Origin: Nemertoderma westbladi
Lineage: Eukaryota; Animalia; Xenacoelomorpha
NCBI GenBank assembly: GCA_032718475.1
Contig: JAUCBJ010006967.1
Span: 41,570-105,569 of the forward strand
DNA: 64,000 nt
Reading direction: 5' to 3'
A program made the position numbers and the translations under genes. Position 1 is the stretch's first letter; the number at the start of each line of letters is the position of its first letter. Of the stretch, positions 1-11,699 are shown one piece after another. The notes under the pieces are model-generated. The model made no database searches, was not told the origin of the DNA, and saw nothing but the letters and a program-made list of their open reading frames with translations.

Positions 1-214
1 ACAGAAGTTTTATAACATAACGAGCAAGATAGCGAGATTTAAGTTGCGACTCTGAATAACTTGATATTATATTTCTGACTTTGTATTTTTCTATTTTAAA
101 GCTTATTTATCTCCTATCTTGCAGCTCAATTATTTTGGTAAAAGTATGGTATCATTATTGCATATTGATTGAATATACCATACTTTCAAGGATAGTGATC
201 CAGGTAAAGTTTAA

Positions 215-1818
215 GGGGGGGGTACACCCCCCTATGGACCTTTTTTGCAAATGGCTATAATTTCTGCTTGTGTGTAATTTTGTATATTTTATACCTTTCG
301 GGGGATTAACATATGGCCAAAGATTGGGTTCAAAAAAAAAATTTTCAAATTTGCGTCGCCCTCTAGCGGCCACCAGCGAAATTGTTAATTTCACTAAAAA
401 CACTACTAGTCTCACAATTTTGGGCGAAAATTTTCGAAACTTGGTTTTTCTGAATCAGCATCCTCGGCTCCACAAAACTTATCGGTTACATTTTTTATTT
501 AGGTCTTAAATATTTTTTAAATATTATTAACTAATATTAATTATTACTTAATAGATATTAACTAATTTCAAGAAATTAATATGGCACAATTCAAAATTCT
601 AACCGATAACTTTTGATCAAAACCCGAAAAGAAATCAAACAAAAAAAAAATTTCGAAAATTGGTTAAGAAATGGCTGAGTAGTAGTATTTTGAATGTGAA
701 AAATACAATTCCGAGATAAACGCATTTAAAGTTTAAGAACAATATATTTCAAATGTTCCCGCTATTTTCAGTACTGGTATCTCCTTTTCTTTTCCCATTG
801 GTTATCCCCTATCCATATTTTGTGATTTCTCAATGGATTTCATGAAATTTGGTTCAAAAAAAACCCTACCCACTTTTAACAACCTGTTAAAATAATTTTA
901 GAGTGCTTGCCAACAAACACTTCGCGCAGCACGTGAACAAATTACATTTTGGCGTATTGATTTGATCGCATACTATTTCGTCATTTAGTAATAAATAGTC
1001 ATGGAATAATGAGATAACCTTAAGATCGTTCAAAATTATATAAAAATTTCCACATAATTTTATAATAAGCCTTTACACAGAACATTAAGCTTTGCGCAGC
1101 ACGTGAAACCTTCGCGCAGCACGTGAGACATTTGCGCAGCAGGTGAAGGTTTCACGTAGCACTTAAATTCTTCATAAAGCACGTTAATTAATCGAGCACC
1201 TCGGAAAGCTTTTTGATCAGAATGAGAAGCCTTCACGCGGCACATGAAAAGTTCATACTGCACATGAAGACTTCGCGCAGCACGTGAATTATTCTCAGAG
1301 CCTGCGGAATTTAAAAAAATAAGTTTATATTTGTTTCCCAGAATAATTATTACTAGCTATGTTATATGATGGTTCACATTTGTTATTACCAGTAGACAAC
1401 TAGTCCATTAGACAACTGTTCAATATGTAATACAAAACTCACAAATATCTATTAAATATATATTAATTAAAATTTGACGGACATGTTGACAGACAGACAT
1501 ACATACAAACAGACAGACAAACTGAGAGACAGACTGAGATACAGACTTAGTGATTAGATAATTCCAAATATTAAAACAGACATCGACATTAAGAAAAATC
1601 CTAACAGTAAACATTTCAGATTGCTTATTTTATGCCCTTTTTAATATTTCGATGGACAGACAGACAGACATACAGACGGAAAACCAGCCATTACTCGAGA
1701 AGTAAAAGAGATCTCGCTAAGCCGTTTCCAGATTTGAAATCCGCATTAAATTCTACTCTAGATGAAATAAAAAAACAAAAAATGAAAATTTTGACCTGAG
1801 GGGGGGTGTACCCCCCCC
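215..1818. mobile_element. Non-autonomous DNA transposon with TTAA TSD and GG...CC termini (Kolobok-like)
   Basis: TTAA at 211-214 and 1819-1822. Perfect 18-bp TIR GGGGGGGGTACACCCCCC (215-232) / GGGGGGTGTACCCCCCCC (1801-1818). No transposase ORF. Internal repeats of TT(C/T)GCGCAGCACGTGA near 921, 1092, 1112, 1272. TTAA TSD with purine-start termini fits Kolobok rather than piggyBac. Confidence 0.75.
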
Positions 1819-3091
1819 TTAAATCAGAAGTTCTCAATCTTGAAGATGATATTATGGAGGTTCCACCTGAACCAGAACCATGCCTTGATCCACTTGGAGA
1901 ACTTAAGTCCTTCTTATCTTTTCATCAACCTGTTTTTTGAAGGTAAAGAGATGTATATCAATGGGTTGACATTTATTTCCAATTTCAACCGAGTTGAAAT
2001 TTAAAACTGTTTTTTAAATTTCAACTTTTAAGTTATAAAGTTTAAATAAATAATAATAAATACAAATTGTAAAATCTAATATATTTTTTTTATACTGTGT
2101 GTGTTTGCCCCAGCAACCTACCAGTTTTTCCATTGGTATCACTGCTTTACTTAGGGTTCCAATTTTCTGTGGTCTGATGTCTTTTTGAGGAGTTCATGGT
2201 GCGATTGTTTAGGTCATTGGTGCAATATAGATATGCTTTGGATAATCCTTTGTCCAGCTGATGAGGTGTCGAGAATACCGCGTACTGGGTCTCAGACACC
2301 GAAACGCAACCATATTCTTGATACAATTAATTATTTATTCCCGAGTTCTACCCCTTTATGGCGACAAAATGTCATATATTTTTCTACAGAATATAGGCTT
2401 AGCTTTTGTGCAGTATACTACTGGTATCATTTAGTGTATGACAGTTAGGTCAGGGTTAGGGTGCGATACATACCTGTATGTTGAGCATGTTTCAATTTAT
2501 TTGTATATGTCGTTTTTGTTTGTATTATTTGTGTCGTAGTACTTTGTTAACTACATTATTAACATTACAATAAAATAAAATAACTTACAAAGACGAGATG
2601 CAAGTAGTATAGAATGCTATGACACGGCACCAAGGTCACCCGTAGTCCATCATTACCATCCATTTCTGGTACTGCAGCCAATCAGAAGCCACCATTTCAA
2701 CCTTTACCAGTGGTCGTTATTATTTCAACCAATCAGATGACAGCATTTCATCCGTAACCATGGTAAATTCTCAAGTTCCCGCTTATTCCGCTAGAGGCGT
2801 TATTAGTCCCCCGACGCTAGTACTGCATCCAATCACCAACCTTTATTTTACAGGTGTTCGAGTGTCTACACTTAGCATCAGGTAACGTCTACTATTTTTC
2901 AAATCGCTATTTTTCACCAACCATTGCATATTCATCTTCACATAGCCTAACCTCACGATGCATGGCTAGCCCCCATCCCATCATCGCTACTCAATCCACA
3001 GCTGTTACCCACCCACCAACCAACCAATCAACGGCGATGTTTGCCTAACCCTACGGTTATTCGCCTTTTCACCACGTTACCACCACTACCG

Positions 3092-3480
3092 CGCAACCAA
3101 CCACTGTATACTGTATATGCTGACAACGTGGCCACCAACTACACACATCATGCATATATTATATTATATTGATTGCCAACTCCACGACTGCTGTCGCCAA
3201 TCCATTCAACCAAGCAACCTACCAGTCCAACAGTAGGATACGTGTTGAAATTCCGCCACGTTTCCGGCTACACGTATACGAACATTTCCATAGTTATTTC
3301 CTATTCACGCAACCAACCAACCACTGTATACTGTATATGCTGACAACGTGGCCACCAACTACACGCATCATGCATATATTATATTGATTGCCAACTCCAC
3401 GACTGCTGTCGCCAAATCAACAAACCAAGCAGTATGATACATGAGATTCCGTCAGGTTCCAGCTACGCGTATACGAGCAT
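3092..3480 (+). repeat. Direct duplication with about 220-bp period upstream of the Polinton ORFs
   Basis: CAACCAACCACTGTATACTGTATATGCTGACAACGTGGCCACCAACTACAC...GATTGCCAACTCCACGACTGCTGTCGCCAA occurs at about 3094-3200 and again at about 3314-3415. Confidence 0.85.
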
Positions 3481-3706
3481 TAGTGATTATTATTACGCAA
3501 TAATTTTTTTGTTTATACAGTAGTTACCCACCAGCTAATCAACCAATCAATAAACCGAATTTAGGCTATTTCTCAGTTTAAGACCTGTATTATTTTTGAA
3601 AATATATATATAATCTCTTGCTTTAATCGCAATTAATCATTTGTAATGGTTTTAGTTTAAAAGTTTTTACTTTGTTTGTTTGATTTACAATAAAATAAAT
3701 TAAATA

Positions 3707-4153
3707 ATGTCTTCTGATTCCAATATGGTTATGCCAATGGTAAGGCATTCATTTTTCGCAGAAGATGGTCAAGCCTATATTGTTATTGATCATACAATTT
3801 ACCGTCAGGGAGATGATAAATATAAAATTGAATTTTCTGAAAAAGCCAGGAAAGTTTTAAGCTCAATCGATATTGATGCTTCAGATAATAGTATTCATCT
3901 TTTAGATTACAACCTGAAAGCTGGGCATGAGGGAGGAAAATTAAGCAACATTTTACTATTATCCATGATAGAGGGATTTATTGTTATTACACAATACAAC
4001 GAAGCTGGTGAAAAGTTTGAAATACGGCTAAATCGACATAGCCCCTACGAAATTATGTCTTTCTTTATTGTAATGATTTCAAAAGAATCCTTTGTCGAAC
4101 CTGAAGAATCAGCGGATAATGTTGAATATGTTGATAATATCATTGATTCTTGA
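3707..4153 (+). CDS. Hypothetical 148-aa protein, probably Polinton accessory gene
   Basis: Clean ATG-to-stop ORF in very AT-rich flanks, co-oriented with the Polinton cluster. No recognised motif. Confidence 0.5.
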   Translation: MSSDSNMVMPMVRHSFFAEDGQAYIVIDHTIYRQGDDKYKIEFSEKARKVLSSIDIDASDNSIHLLDYNLKAGHEGGKLSNILLLSMIEGFIVITQYNEAGEKFEIRLNRHSPYEIMSFFIVMISKESFVEPEESADNVEYVDNIIDS

Positions 4154-4318
4154 CTTTTCCCTCTATATTATAAATATTTTATGATTATATATAAAATTTT
4201 GTTGTTTTTAAATAATCGAAAATTGTAGTAGTATTTGTATATACAGTATAACAGTTTTGTTTGTTGTTGTTGTTGTGTATTGTGGTAATTATTTTCAATT
4301 TACTTTAAAATTTGGAAA

Positions 4319-4771
4319 ATGGATATTTTAAATGAAAAATGTCCAGTTTGCTATTCTAAGTTATTGCAAAAACATCGAGATTATTATAAATGTGAAAATA
4401 AACATGCAACTTGCGTACAATGTATTGTACAATATTCCGAAATGAATAATTATTGTTCTAAAATTTGTCCTATTTGTCGCGCACCTATATCTAAGTTTAA
4501 TATAAAGTTGGCAAGATACCAACCCTTTTATTGGAAAGAGCTTCGCAATATAACTTATATTTCTGCGAAAAGTAATGATCCCGGAGATTTATTTACAATA
4601 TTGGAGAATATTTTTTATAGAAACGTAGTACGACGCTGTTGCTACTATATTCCTTATTTTTTTAGCGGCGAACATAAAAAAATCATAAGCGCGAAATTTT
4701 CGGGAAGTGATTTCCAATCCGCCGATGTTACCTATCATTATTTCGCGTATAAAGATGCTCACCATGCTTGA
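4319..4771 (+). CDS. C3HC4 RING-finger protein (putative E3 ligase), Polinton accessory gene
   Basis: CPVC...CENKHATCVQC...CPICR RING ligand pattern at the N-terminus. Confidence 0.75.
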   Translation: MDILNEKCPVCYSKLLQKHRDYYKCENKHATCVQCIVQYSEMNNYCSKICPICRAPISKFNIKLARYQPFYWKELRNITYISAKSNDPGDLFTILENIFYRNVVRRCCYYIPYFFSGEHKKIISAKFSGSDFQSADVTYHYFAYKDAHHA

Positions 4772-4979
4772 AATTACATCAGTCTATACTATAATTGGAA
4801 ATAGCACCTTTTGCTGCAGCGAGCGTCACATACTGTAGTTGTGTCATATGTTAATTAAATATACAGTACTCTAATATTATTGTAGTTCCATCAATTATTG
4901 TTATATACATAGTAATGGTGTTGGTTTATTGATATTGATATTATATTATATTGTTGATATATCTTAATAATAATAATAA

Positions 4980-5654
4980 ATGGCTGACTTTAATTCAGGC
5001 CCATATAATTTAAACTTTCAAATGGGTACAAGTATGATAATTTCAGGACCATCTGGCTCCGGAAAGTCAACCTTTGTGGGGAATTTAATTAAACACAAGA
5101 ATGGCTGCTTCAACGAAGCCCCTTTGCGAGTATTGTATTGTTACGGGAGCAATCCCCCAACTATTCCCGGTATTACTCACCTTTACAAAGGCTTGCCTGA
5201 AAATATAGATAGTTTAGTGAATAGTCGAGATTTATTAATTATAGATGATTTGTTAACAGAAACTGTGTCCAGTACAGCTTTAACAGTATTGTTTACTAAG
5301 GTAGCTCATCATTCCAATATATTTATTTGTTTTATAACGCAAAACATGTTTTACGGTGGGAAGCATAACCGCACAAGATCAATTAATAGCCATACTTTAG
5401 TATTAATGAAAAATCCGAGAGACAGTCTATCGGTTTTAAATTTCGCGAAGCAAATGTTACCAGGACAGACCAAATTTTTAGTTGATTCCTATCAAGATGC
5501 AACAATTGAGCCATTTTCACATTTCTTAATTGATTTACGACAGGAAACACCCGAACATTTAAGATTTAGATCGGATATATTTCGTAATCATAATTGTTAC
5601 ATTAAAAATTACATTGACTATAAACGTAGCGAAAATAATAATAATGATAAATAA
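4980..5654 (+). CDS. Polinton DNA-packaging ATPase (A32/FtsK-like)
   Basis: Walker A GPSGSGKS, Walker B LLIIDD, HHSNIFICFITQN and KNPRD motifs, and C-terminal LIDL..ETPEHLRFRSDIF typical of Maverick ATPases. Confidence 0.92.
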   Translation: MADFNSGPYNLNFQMGTSMIISGPSGSGKSTFVGNLIKHKNGCFNEAPLRVLYCYGSNPPTIPGITHLYKGLPENIDSLVNSRDLLIIDDLLTETVSSTALTVLFTKVAHHSNIFICFITQNMFYGGKHNRTRSINSHTLVLMKNPRDSLSVLNFAKQMLPGQTKFLVDSYQDATIEPFSHFLIDLRQETPEHLRFRSDIFRNHNCYIKNYIDYKRSENNNNDK

Positions 5655-5691
5655 TTAATATTTTGTGACAATTTTCAATAATGTTGCAACA

Positions 5692-6075
5692 ATGAATAGA
5701 CTTGTGCAGAAATATCGTAATGAACTGGAATTTCTACGCAGCGCTACCCCTCAACAAAGAACTTATTTTATTAACCATACCGCCAGTAACGAATTAATAC
5801 GGCTCATTGTAAATACTGCATTAAATGTTCTAAAAGGTAATGTACAATTGACCCCTCATTCATTTAGAAATATTCGCCGCTATAAGAAGGTATTGAAATC
5901 ACTCAACCGTAAGACAAAAAATATATCAAGTTACAGAAAAAAGTTAAGCAATCAATCTGGAGGCATACTACCGTTTCTAATACCCTTACTCGCCATTGGT
6001 GCGAAACTAGCCGCGAGTGCCGGGGCCGCTGCCGCTGGGGCTGCTATTGCGAAAAAAATTAACCGTGGACGGTAG
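5692..6075 (+). CDS. Polinton basic protein with adenovirus pX/Mu-like C-terminus
   Basis: First ATG at 5692. Basic body followed by QSGG-ILPFLIPLLAIG, resembling the adenoviral pX tail GGFLPALIPIIA after a GG protease site. Confidence 0.7.
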   Translation: MNRLVQKYRNELEFLRSATPQQRTYFINHTASNELIRLIVNTALNVLKGNVQLTPHSFRNIRRYKKVLKSLNRKTKNISSYRKKLSNQSGGILPFLIPLLAIGAKLAASAGAAAAGAAIAKKINRGR

Positions 6076-6081
6076 GTAATA

Positions 6082-6816
6082 ATGGTTAAAACGGGAGTAA
6101 CATTTAGAAAATTATATTTAGTATCGAGTAAACCGTTAGCTACTGATTTAAAACCACAAGATATACCTAGAGTAAATAAATCTGTAAGGAAATATTTAGA
6201 TACGTTAGGTATACAGTATTACGTAATGTATTCTGTGAATAAGGCGGCTATTGTCGAGAGATTTAACAGAACCTTAAAAACAAAGATGTTCAAAATTTTC
6301 ACACAAAGAGGAAATAATATTTGGATAAAAATTTTACCTAAGCTTATCTCAGCTTATAATAGGTCGTATCATAGAACAATACAAATGACACCTATTGAAG
6401 TTAATAAATTTAATGAAACTGAATTAATGAATAGATTATATGGGAAATATAGACAGATAAATCACAAGAAAATAAAATTTAAAGTTGGAGATACAGTACA
6501 ATTATCTATTGCTCGTACTGCTTTCGCTAAAGGCTATCGAGAACAATGGACACGTGAATTATTTATTATTCATCGGGTCAGGTTGGATAGAGTACCAGCG
6601 GTAATGTTCGATATTAAGGACAGCACCGGAGCTATAATAAAGGGCTCATTTTATTCTCACGAACTTCAAAAGGTTCACCCGAATAGTAATATTTATCTAG
6701 CAATTGACCAAAAAAATATTGGCAAACTTAAAGAACGTGTACGCAACGGGAAGAAAGAATATTTAGTCCGATTCATCGGATCCAAGAAACAGTCCTGGGT
6801 ACAACATATTCAATAA
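6082..6816 (+). pseudogene. Polinton retroviral-type integrase, C-terminal half with chromodomain-like tail
   Basis: KAAIVERFNRTLKTKMF, YNRSYHRTI, FKVGDTV, FAKGYREQWTRELF, GSFYSHELQKV, KEYLVRF. The two catalytic Asp motifs upstream of the Glu are missing. Confidence 0.88.
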
Positions 6817-7080
6817 GCTTAGGTTTATACTGTATATTAATTCATTTTGGTCGCATATGACCGTAATTAATCAATAATATTAACCCAGCAAGTCCCGGAC
6901 CATGAATGCTTCAATGAAATTTCTTGAAATTTTTATTGTGAGCATAAAGTGGACCTATTAAGAAAATTCCAAACTTTGGTTAACGTACATATATGGGAAG
7001 ATAGATTTTACATAGGGTCTACAAATGTAGACGTTAGGACTTCAAGGGTACAAAAATACACTTATTTTGTGCAAAAATAT

Positions 7081-7645
7081 GTGCAGACAGTGGTGCGGAC
7101 ACTGGTGCAGTCAGTGGTGCAGACACCTGGTGCAGACAGTGGTGCAGACAGTGGTGCAGACAGTGGTGCAGACACTGGTGCAGACACTGGTGCAGACAAT
7201 GGTGCAGACAGTGGTGCAGACACTGGTGCAGACTTTGGTGCAGACAGTGGTGCAGACACTGGTGCAGACACTGGTACAGACACTGGTGCAGACAGTGGTG
7301 CAGACACTGGTGCAGACAGTGGTGCGGACACTGGTGCAGACAGTGGTGCAGACAGTGGTGCAGACACCTGGTGCAGACAGTGGTGCAGACAGTGGTGCAG
7401 ACAGTGATGCAGACAGTGATGCAGACACCTGGTGCAGACACTGGTGCAGACAGTGGTGCAGACACGCGTGCAGACAGTGGTGCAGACAGTGGTGCAGACA
7501 CTGGTGCAGACAGTGGTGCAGACAGTGGTGCGGACACTGGTGCAGACAGTGGTGCAGACACCTGGTGCAGACAGTGGTGCAGACACTGGTACAGACACTG
7601 GTGCGGACAGTGGTGCACACACTGGTGCAGACAGTGGTGCAGACA
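7081..7645 (+). repeat. 12-bp minisatellite (GGTGCAGACA(G/C)T)n
   Basis: About 45 tandem copies. Produces spurious GADS/GADT and QTVV ORFs in several frames. Confidence 0.95.
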
Positions 7646-7649
7646 CATG

Positions 7650-8420
7650 CATCATGCTGCATGAAGGCCTTTTAGCAGTTTCAACAGCCCTTTTCAGCAT
7701 TTATCATGCTGCACGAAGGCATCTGAACAGTTTCAACAGCTATTTTCAGCATTCTCATATTGCACAAATCCCTCTGAACAACTTCAAATGTTATTTTTTA
7801 GCATTTATGCTGCATGAAGGACTTTGAACAGTTTTATAACTTTCAACAGCAATTTTCAGCTTTTCTCATGTTGCACAAAGCCATCTGAACAGTTTTATCA
7901 ACTCTTTTCAGTATTTCACCTTCTGTGCGAAGGCCTGAAAGTTTCAAAACTTATTTTCAGTCTTTCTCAAGCTACTCGAAGACCGCTGAACAGTTTCAAC
8001 AGCTCTTTTCAGCATTTATCATGCTGCACAAAGCTCTGAATAGTTTCATTTCAAAATCTTTTTTCAGCGTTTATCATGCTGCACAAAGGTCTCTGAGCAG
8101 CTTTGAGAGATCTTTTATGTATTTTTCAAACTGTGCGAAGGCCCCTGGGCAGTTTTATCAGTTCTTTTCAGTTTTTCTCATGATACATGATACCCTCTGA
8201 ACAATTTCAACAGCACTTTTCAGCATTTATCATGCTGCACAAAGGACTCTGAACAGTTTTAGTGGCTCTTTTCAGGTATTTAACATGCTGCGCGAAGGCC
8301 TGAATAATTTCAAAAGCTCTTTTCAGTATTTAAAATGCAGCAAGAATGTCTCTAACCAAAGCGTTTTGACAGCTTGTTTCAGTATTTGTGATGCTACTTG
8401 ACTGCTTGAAGGCCTCTAAA
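7650..8420 (+). repeat. Degenerate ~52-bp tandem repeat
   Basis: Unit resembles TTTTCAGCATTTATCATGCTGCACGAAGGCCTCTGAACAGTTTCAACAGCTC, with period 52 (for example 7691 and 7743). Confidence 0.85.
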
Positions 8421-8462
8421 TAGATTTGGTGGGGTTGAAATGAACATAAGAACCCAGCGTTC

Positions 8463-8720
8463 ATGTCAATATTGACATTAGATGTCAATATTGACATGCA
8501 ATAAAACATACTGTATCATTAAAATTATTACAAACAACAATATACATTGGTTGGATTCAACAATATTTTAATTAAAATAGATATTCTCTTTACAAAAAAA
8601 CATTTTCTACTTTTCAAATCACAATATTTAAAAAATTTATGATCAAAACATGTCAATATTGACATCATGTCAATTTTGACATGGAACATGTCAATATTGA
8701 CAACATGTCAATATTGACAA
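8463..8720. repeat. Cluster of 16-bp palindromes ATGTCAATATTGACAT
   Basis: Two copies at 8463-8498 and four near-perfect copies at 8650-8720. Confidence 0.9.
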
Positions 8721-9421
8721 AGTGCCCGACTGTACAGTACCTACTCTATGTCAGGTGAAATTATGAGCCCCTGTATCCTGTATCCATATTCCTGTATGAA
8801 ATGTCTTCTGAAATTACAGTATATACTGTACTACAGTAATTTCAGTGATATATTGTACCCCTTAAGTCCTAAGGTCTACATTTGTAGACTTGCTCATTCA
8901 GGACATCACGAATTCTAATTACATGTTGTTGGGAGCTTCATAATTCATTTATATGTTCAGAAATTATCAGGGATGATAATATTTGCATCTCCAAGTCACA
9001 TGAGGCAACTTTCGTCCTAAAATTAGAGTTGAATTGACTCGTACTCTTTTTGCATAAATTCACTAAAATTGAGCTTTTGTCAGATGTTAGTATTGCGAAC
9101 ATGAGGGCTAAAATTTACTTTAAATAGTACTCCCATGCCTCTAAGTCTGATTTATAGTGAAAATACTAAATAAATTGGTACAGCTTTTAATTGAGAGCAC
9201 CATATTGCATGGGTCTACAAATGTAGACCTTAGGACTTAATGGGTTAACTCGAATGATATTACTATATCTATAGTTCATCCGCTTTAAATAAAGCCAGTA
9301 AAATATTGATCCCACACATATACTGTAGAAGATGCTGGCAATGAACGTGGTCACAGATGTCTATAATTTAACATTATACTGTATGTACAAAGGAGTCAAG
9401 TAGAGAGAGCGAGCTTTAATA

Positions 9422-10294
9422 ATGGCCACAGATACATATATCACTCTACTGTCAGATAGCTCATTGAACACTTATCCCAATAATAATCCTAGTGAGTTTA
9501 CTGTTGATTTAGCCGAAGAATTATATATTGGTCCAAATGCCAAAATTGGACTCGCCGAACTTCAATACCAAGCAACATACAGTAATATTACGCTGCAAAC
9601 TCAAATCTCACTGTCAATCGGGGTAGATGCAAAAGATGCCAAATTATATAGTTTATTTCCTGGTATGCATAACTCTATTCAAGTGATTATTGATGATATA
9701 AATAAACTGTTTAATTCTGAAGCGAAATATAGAGATTTCGAATTCATTTTTAATACAAATAATTCTAGAATTAAATTTAAATTTCCTAAAAAGTTGAAAA
9801 AAATACAATTAAGTCTACGAGGTGATTTAATACAAATTCTAGGCTTAAAACCGTTATTGGATTGGAATCATCCGGATATTCCGAATTGGGATATATACAG
9901 TACCACTACAGTAGATGAATTAAGCAATATAGAACAGCCGATATTAATTTTAAATTATAGCGGACCAAAAATTTCGGAAATTGGCATTTTAGATTTTCCA
10001 GCTCCCACAAATATAACACGTAATAAAGACACTATCTTTATATACACAGATATTATTAAGAGCTCATTTGTTGGCGACGCTTTAGCACCGCTCTTAAGAA
10101 CCTGCCCTTTAACGCAATTAAATCGAAAATATATTAATCACGAATACGAGAGCATTTGCTATTTCCCATTGTTGAATAAAAAACTAAAAACAATCTTAAT
10201 TACTTTACGTGACGGCCAAGGTCAATTAATTAACTTCAGTGGAGGCCGTACTGTTATAACACTTAAGTTAATACGGGGTGGCGGCGATGGATGA
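9422..10294 (+). CDS. Polinton minor capsid (penton-like) protein 1
   Basis: YITLLSDSSLNTYPNNNPSEFTVDL N-terminus, then FIYTDII..SFVGD.LAPLLR and Y.PL...I.I.LRD..G..INF..G.T.ITL C-terminal signature. Confidence 0.85.
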   Translation: MATDTYITLLSDSSLNTYPNNNPSEFTVDLAEELYIGPNAKIGLAELQYQATYSNITLQTQISLSIGVDAKDAKLYSLFPGMHNSIQVIIDDINKLFNSEAKYRDFEFIFNTNNSRIKFKFPKKLKKIQLSLRGDLIQILGLKPLLDWNHPDIPNWDIYSTTTVDELSNIEQPILILNYSGPKISEIGILDFPAPTNITRNKDTIFIYTDIIKSSFVGDALAPLLRTCPLTQLNRKYINHEYESICYFPLLNKKLKTILITLRDGQGQLINFSGGRTVITLKLIRGGGDG

Positions 10295-11132
10295 GTTCTA
10301 CGTAAGGCTGCCGAGTAACTCATGTCCAATTGATTTTCCCCGCAATAGCGCTAGTAATTATCAGATAAATTTCCACGGTGCCTTACCTATAAATCCAAAC
10401 GAAAACTGGGTGGTAGGTATAAAAAGTATATTTTACTTAGCAACGTTGCCGTCCATGTATAACAATGTAGAGAATGTTATTTTATTAAAAAAAGGGAAAA
10501 AAATTTTTGAGGATACACTTCCATCTGGTTTATTCTACAGTATCAACGACATTATAGATTATTTTAACACGGGGACATTGAAAGATAAATTACAAATAGT
10601 TGAAAATACTCAGCAAAATAGATTGCAATTTATTTTAGGGAAAACTGTGCGAGAGTTATTTATAGGCCAACAATTAGCCTATTATTTTGGAATTACTGAA
10701 AATAATCTTGGCGCGAATTTAAATCCAAATTTTAAAATTATTTTGAAGACGAAAAATAATATAAAGGGTTATTTAATAAAGGTTATCGGAAATGGAGAAA
10801 AGGCTTACCAGATGGTATTTTTATGCCCTCAACCATCCAACTCTATTCCAGAACCTAAATCGAACATGTACGTGACTACTAATATAATTGAAAATCAATA
10901 TATTAACGACTTTGGTTTAGCTTTACTTCGTCGTGTTGCGATACCTGATGATGTGAAATATGGCAGCGTAATAAATAAAGAATTTGTCAAGGATACAATT
11001 CATTATATCCCTGTAAAAAAATCATATAAGATAACATACATTCATATTGAAATAACAGACAAAGAAGGAAAAGATTTGTATTTTGAATACGGAACAACTT
11101 GTATTACCTTACACTTTAAACGTATAAATTAA
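10287..11132 (+). CDS. Polinton minor capsid (penton-like) protein 2
   Basis: ATG at 10287 overlaps the previous stop. FYVRLPSNS...NSASNY, WVVGI, MYVTTNII, LLRRV, HYIPV, IHIEITDKEG.DLYFEYGTTCITLHFKR. Confidence 0.85.
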   Translation: MDEFYVRLPSNSCPIDFPRNSASNYQINFHGALPINPNENWVVGIKSIFYLATLPSMYNNVENVILLKKGKKIFEDTLPSGLFYSINDIIDYFNTGTLKDKLQIVENTQQNRLQFILGKTVRELFIGQQLAYYFGITENNLGANLNPNFKIILKTKNNIKGYLIKVIGNGEKAYQMVFLCPQPSNSIPEPKSNMYVTTNIIENQYINDFGLALLRRVAIPDDVKYGSVINKEFVKDTIHYIPVKKSYKITYIHIEITDKEGKDLYFEYGTTCITLHFKRIN

Positions 11133-11133
11133 A

Positions 11134-11697
11134 ATGGATTCTGATTTATTTCAAAGATACAGTAAACCTCAATATGGGGGATCAGACTCTAATCTTCCTG
11201 TTTTTAAAGGCGGAAAAAGTACCAGAGGCTCGACGCAAGTTCCTGTTTTTCGTGGTGGTTCATATATTGACCCTTACGGTCAACAAATTGGCGCATTTGG
11301 TCCAAACTTAAAACAACGTCGTTTTCAGCGTTATCGTAGAGGTATGCGGGCAAATCAACACGGAGAAGGTATATTTACAGACGCTTTATCTACATTGAAA
11401 AAATTTGGTAAGCCATTAGCTAAAAAAGTTTAACAGAAAGCTTTACCATTTACCACAAAATTTATGAGACAACACGTAATACCAAAAGGTAAGCGAGTCT
11501 TACATCAGCAGGCTAATACGGTTATTAATAAAGCATTAAATAAAATGAAACCATCAACAAGGTCGGTTGTAGAAAAAGTTTATAGAGATTTAAAGCGACC
11601 CGCTAGACAGCCAATGTCTATGAACATACCTCATCGACGTAGTAAAAAGAGAAATATAAATAGCAAACTGAAACACTGCGAAAAAAGTATTTTTTAA
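11134..11697 (+). pseudogene. Polinton basic core-protein-like ORF with one in-frame stop
   Basis: 11134-11433 and 11464-11697 are the same frame, separated by TAA at 11431. QYGG, PVFKGG, PVFRGG and QHGEGIF motifs, Arg/Lys-rich, directly upstream of the major capsid gene. Confidence 0.7.
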
Positions 11698-11699
11698 TA

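Larger units (their letters stand above)
6884..9244. mobile_element. Non-autonomous piggyBac-like element nested in the Polinton
   Basis: TTAA at 6880-6883 and 9245-9248. Termini CCCAGCAAGTCC and (reverse complement) CCCATTAAGTCC match 10/12. The subterminal motif GGTCTACAAATGTAGAC(C/G)TTAGGACTT occurs near 7016 and 9212 and inverted near 8862-8890. Confidence 0.75.

Noticed and set aside
6949-7827. Multiple overlapping ORFs (GADSGADT, CLHH, QTVV repeats)
   Set aside because: Artefacts of a stop-free 12-bp minisatellite read in several frames.
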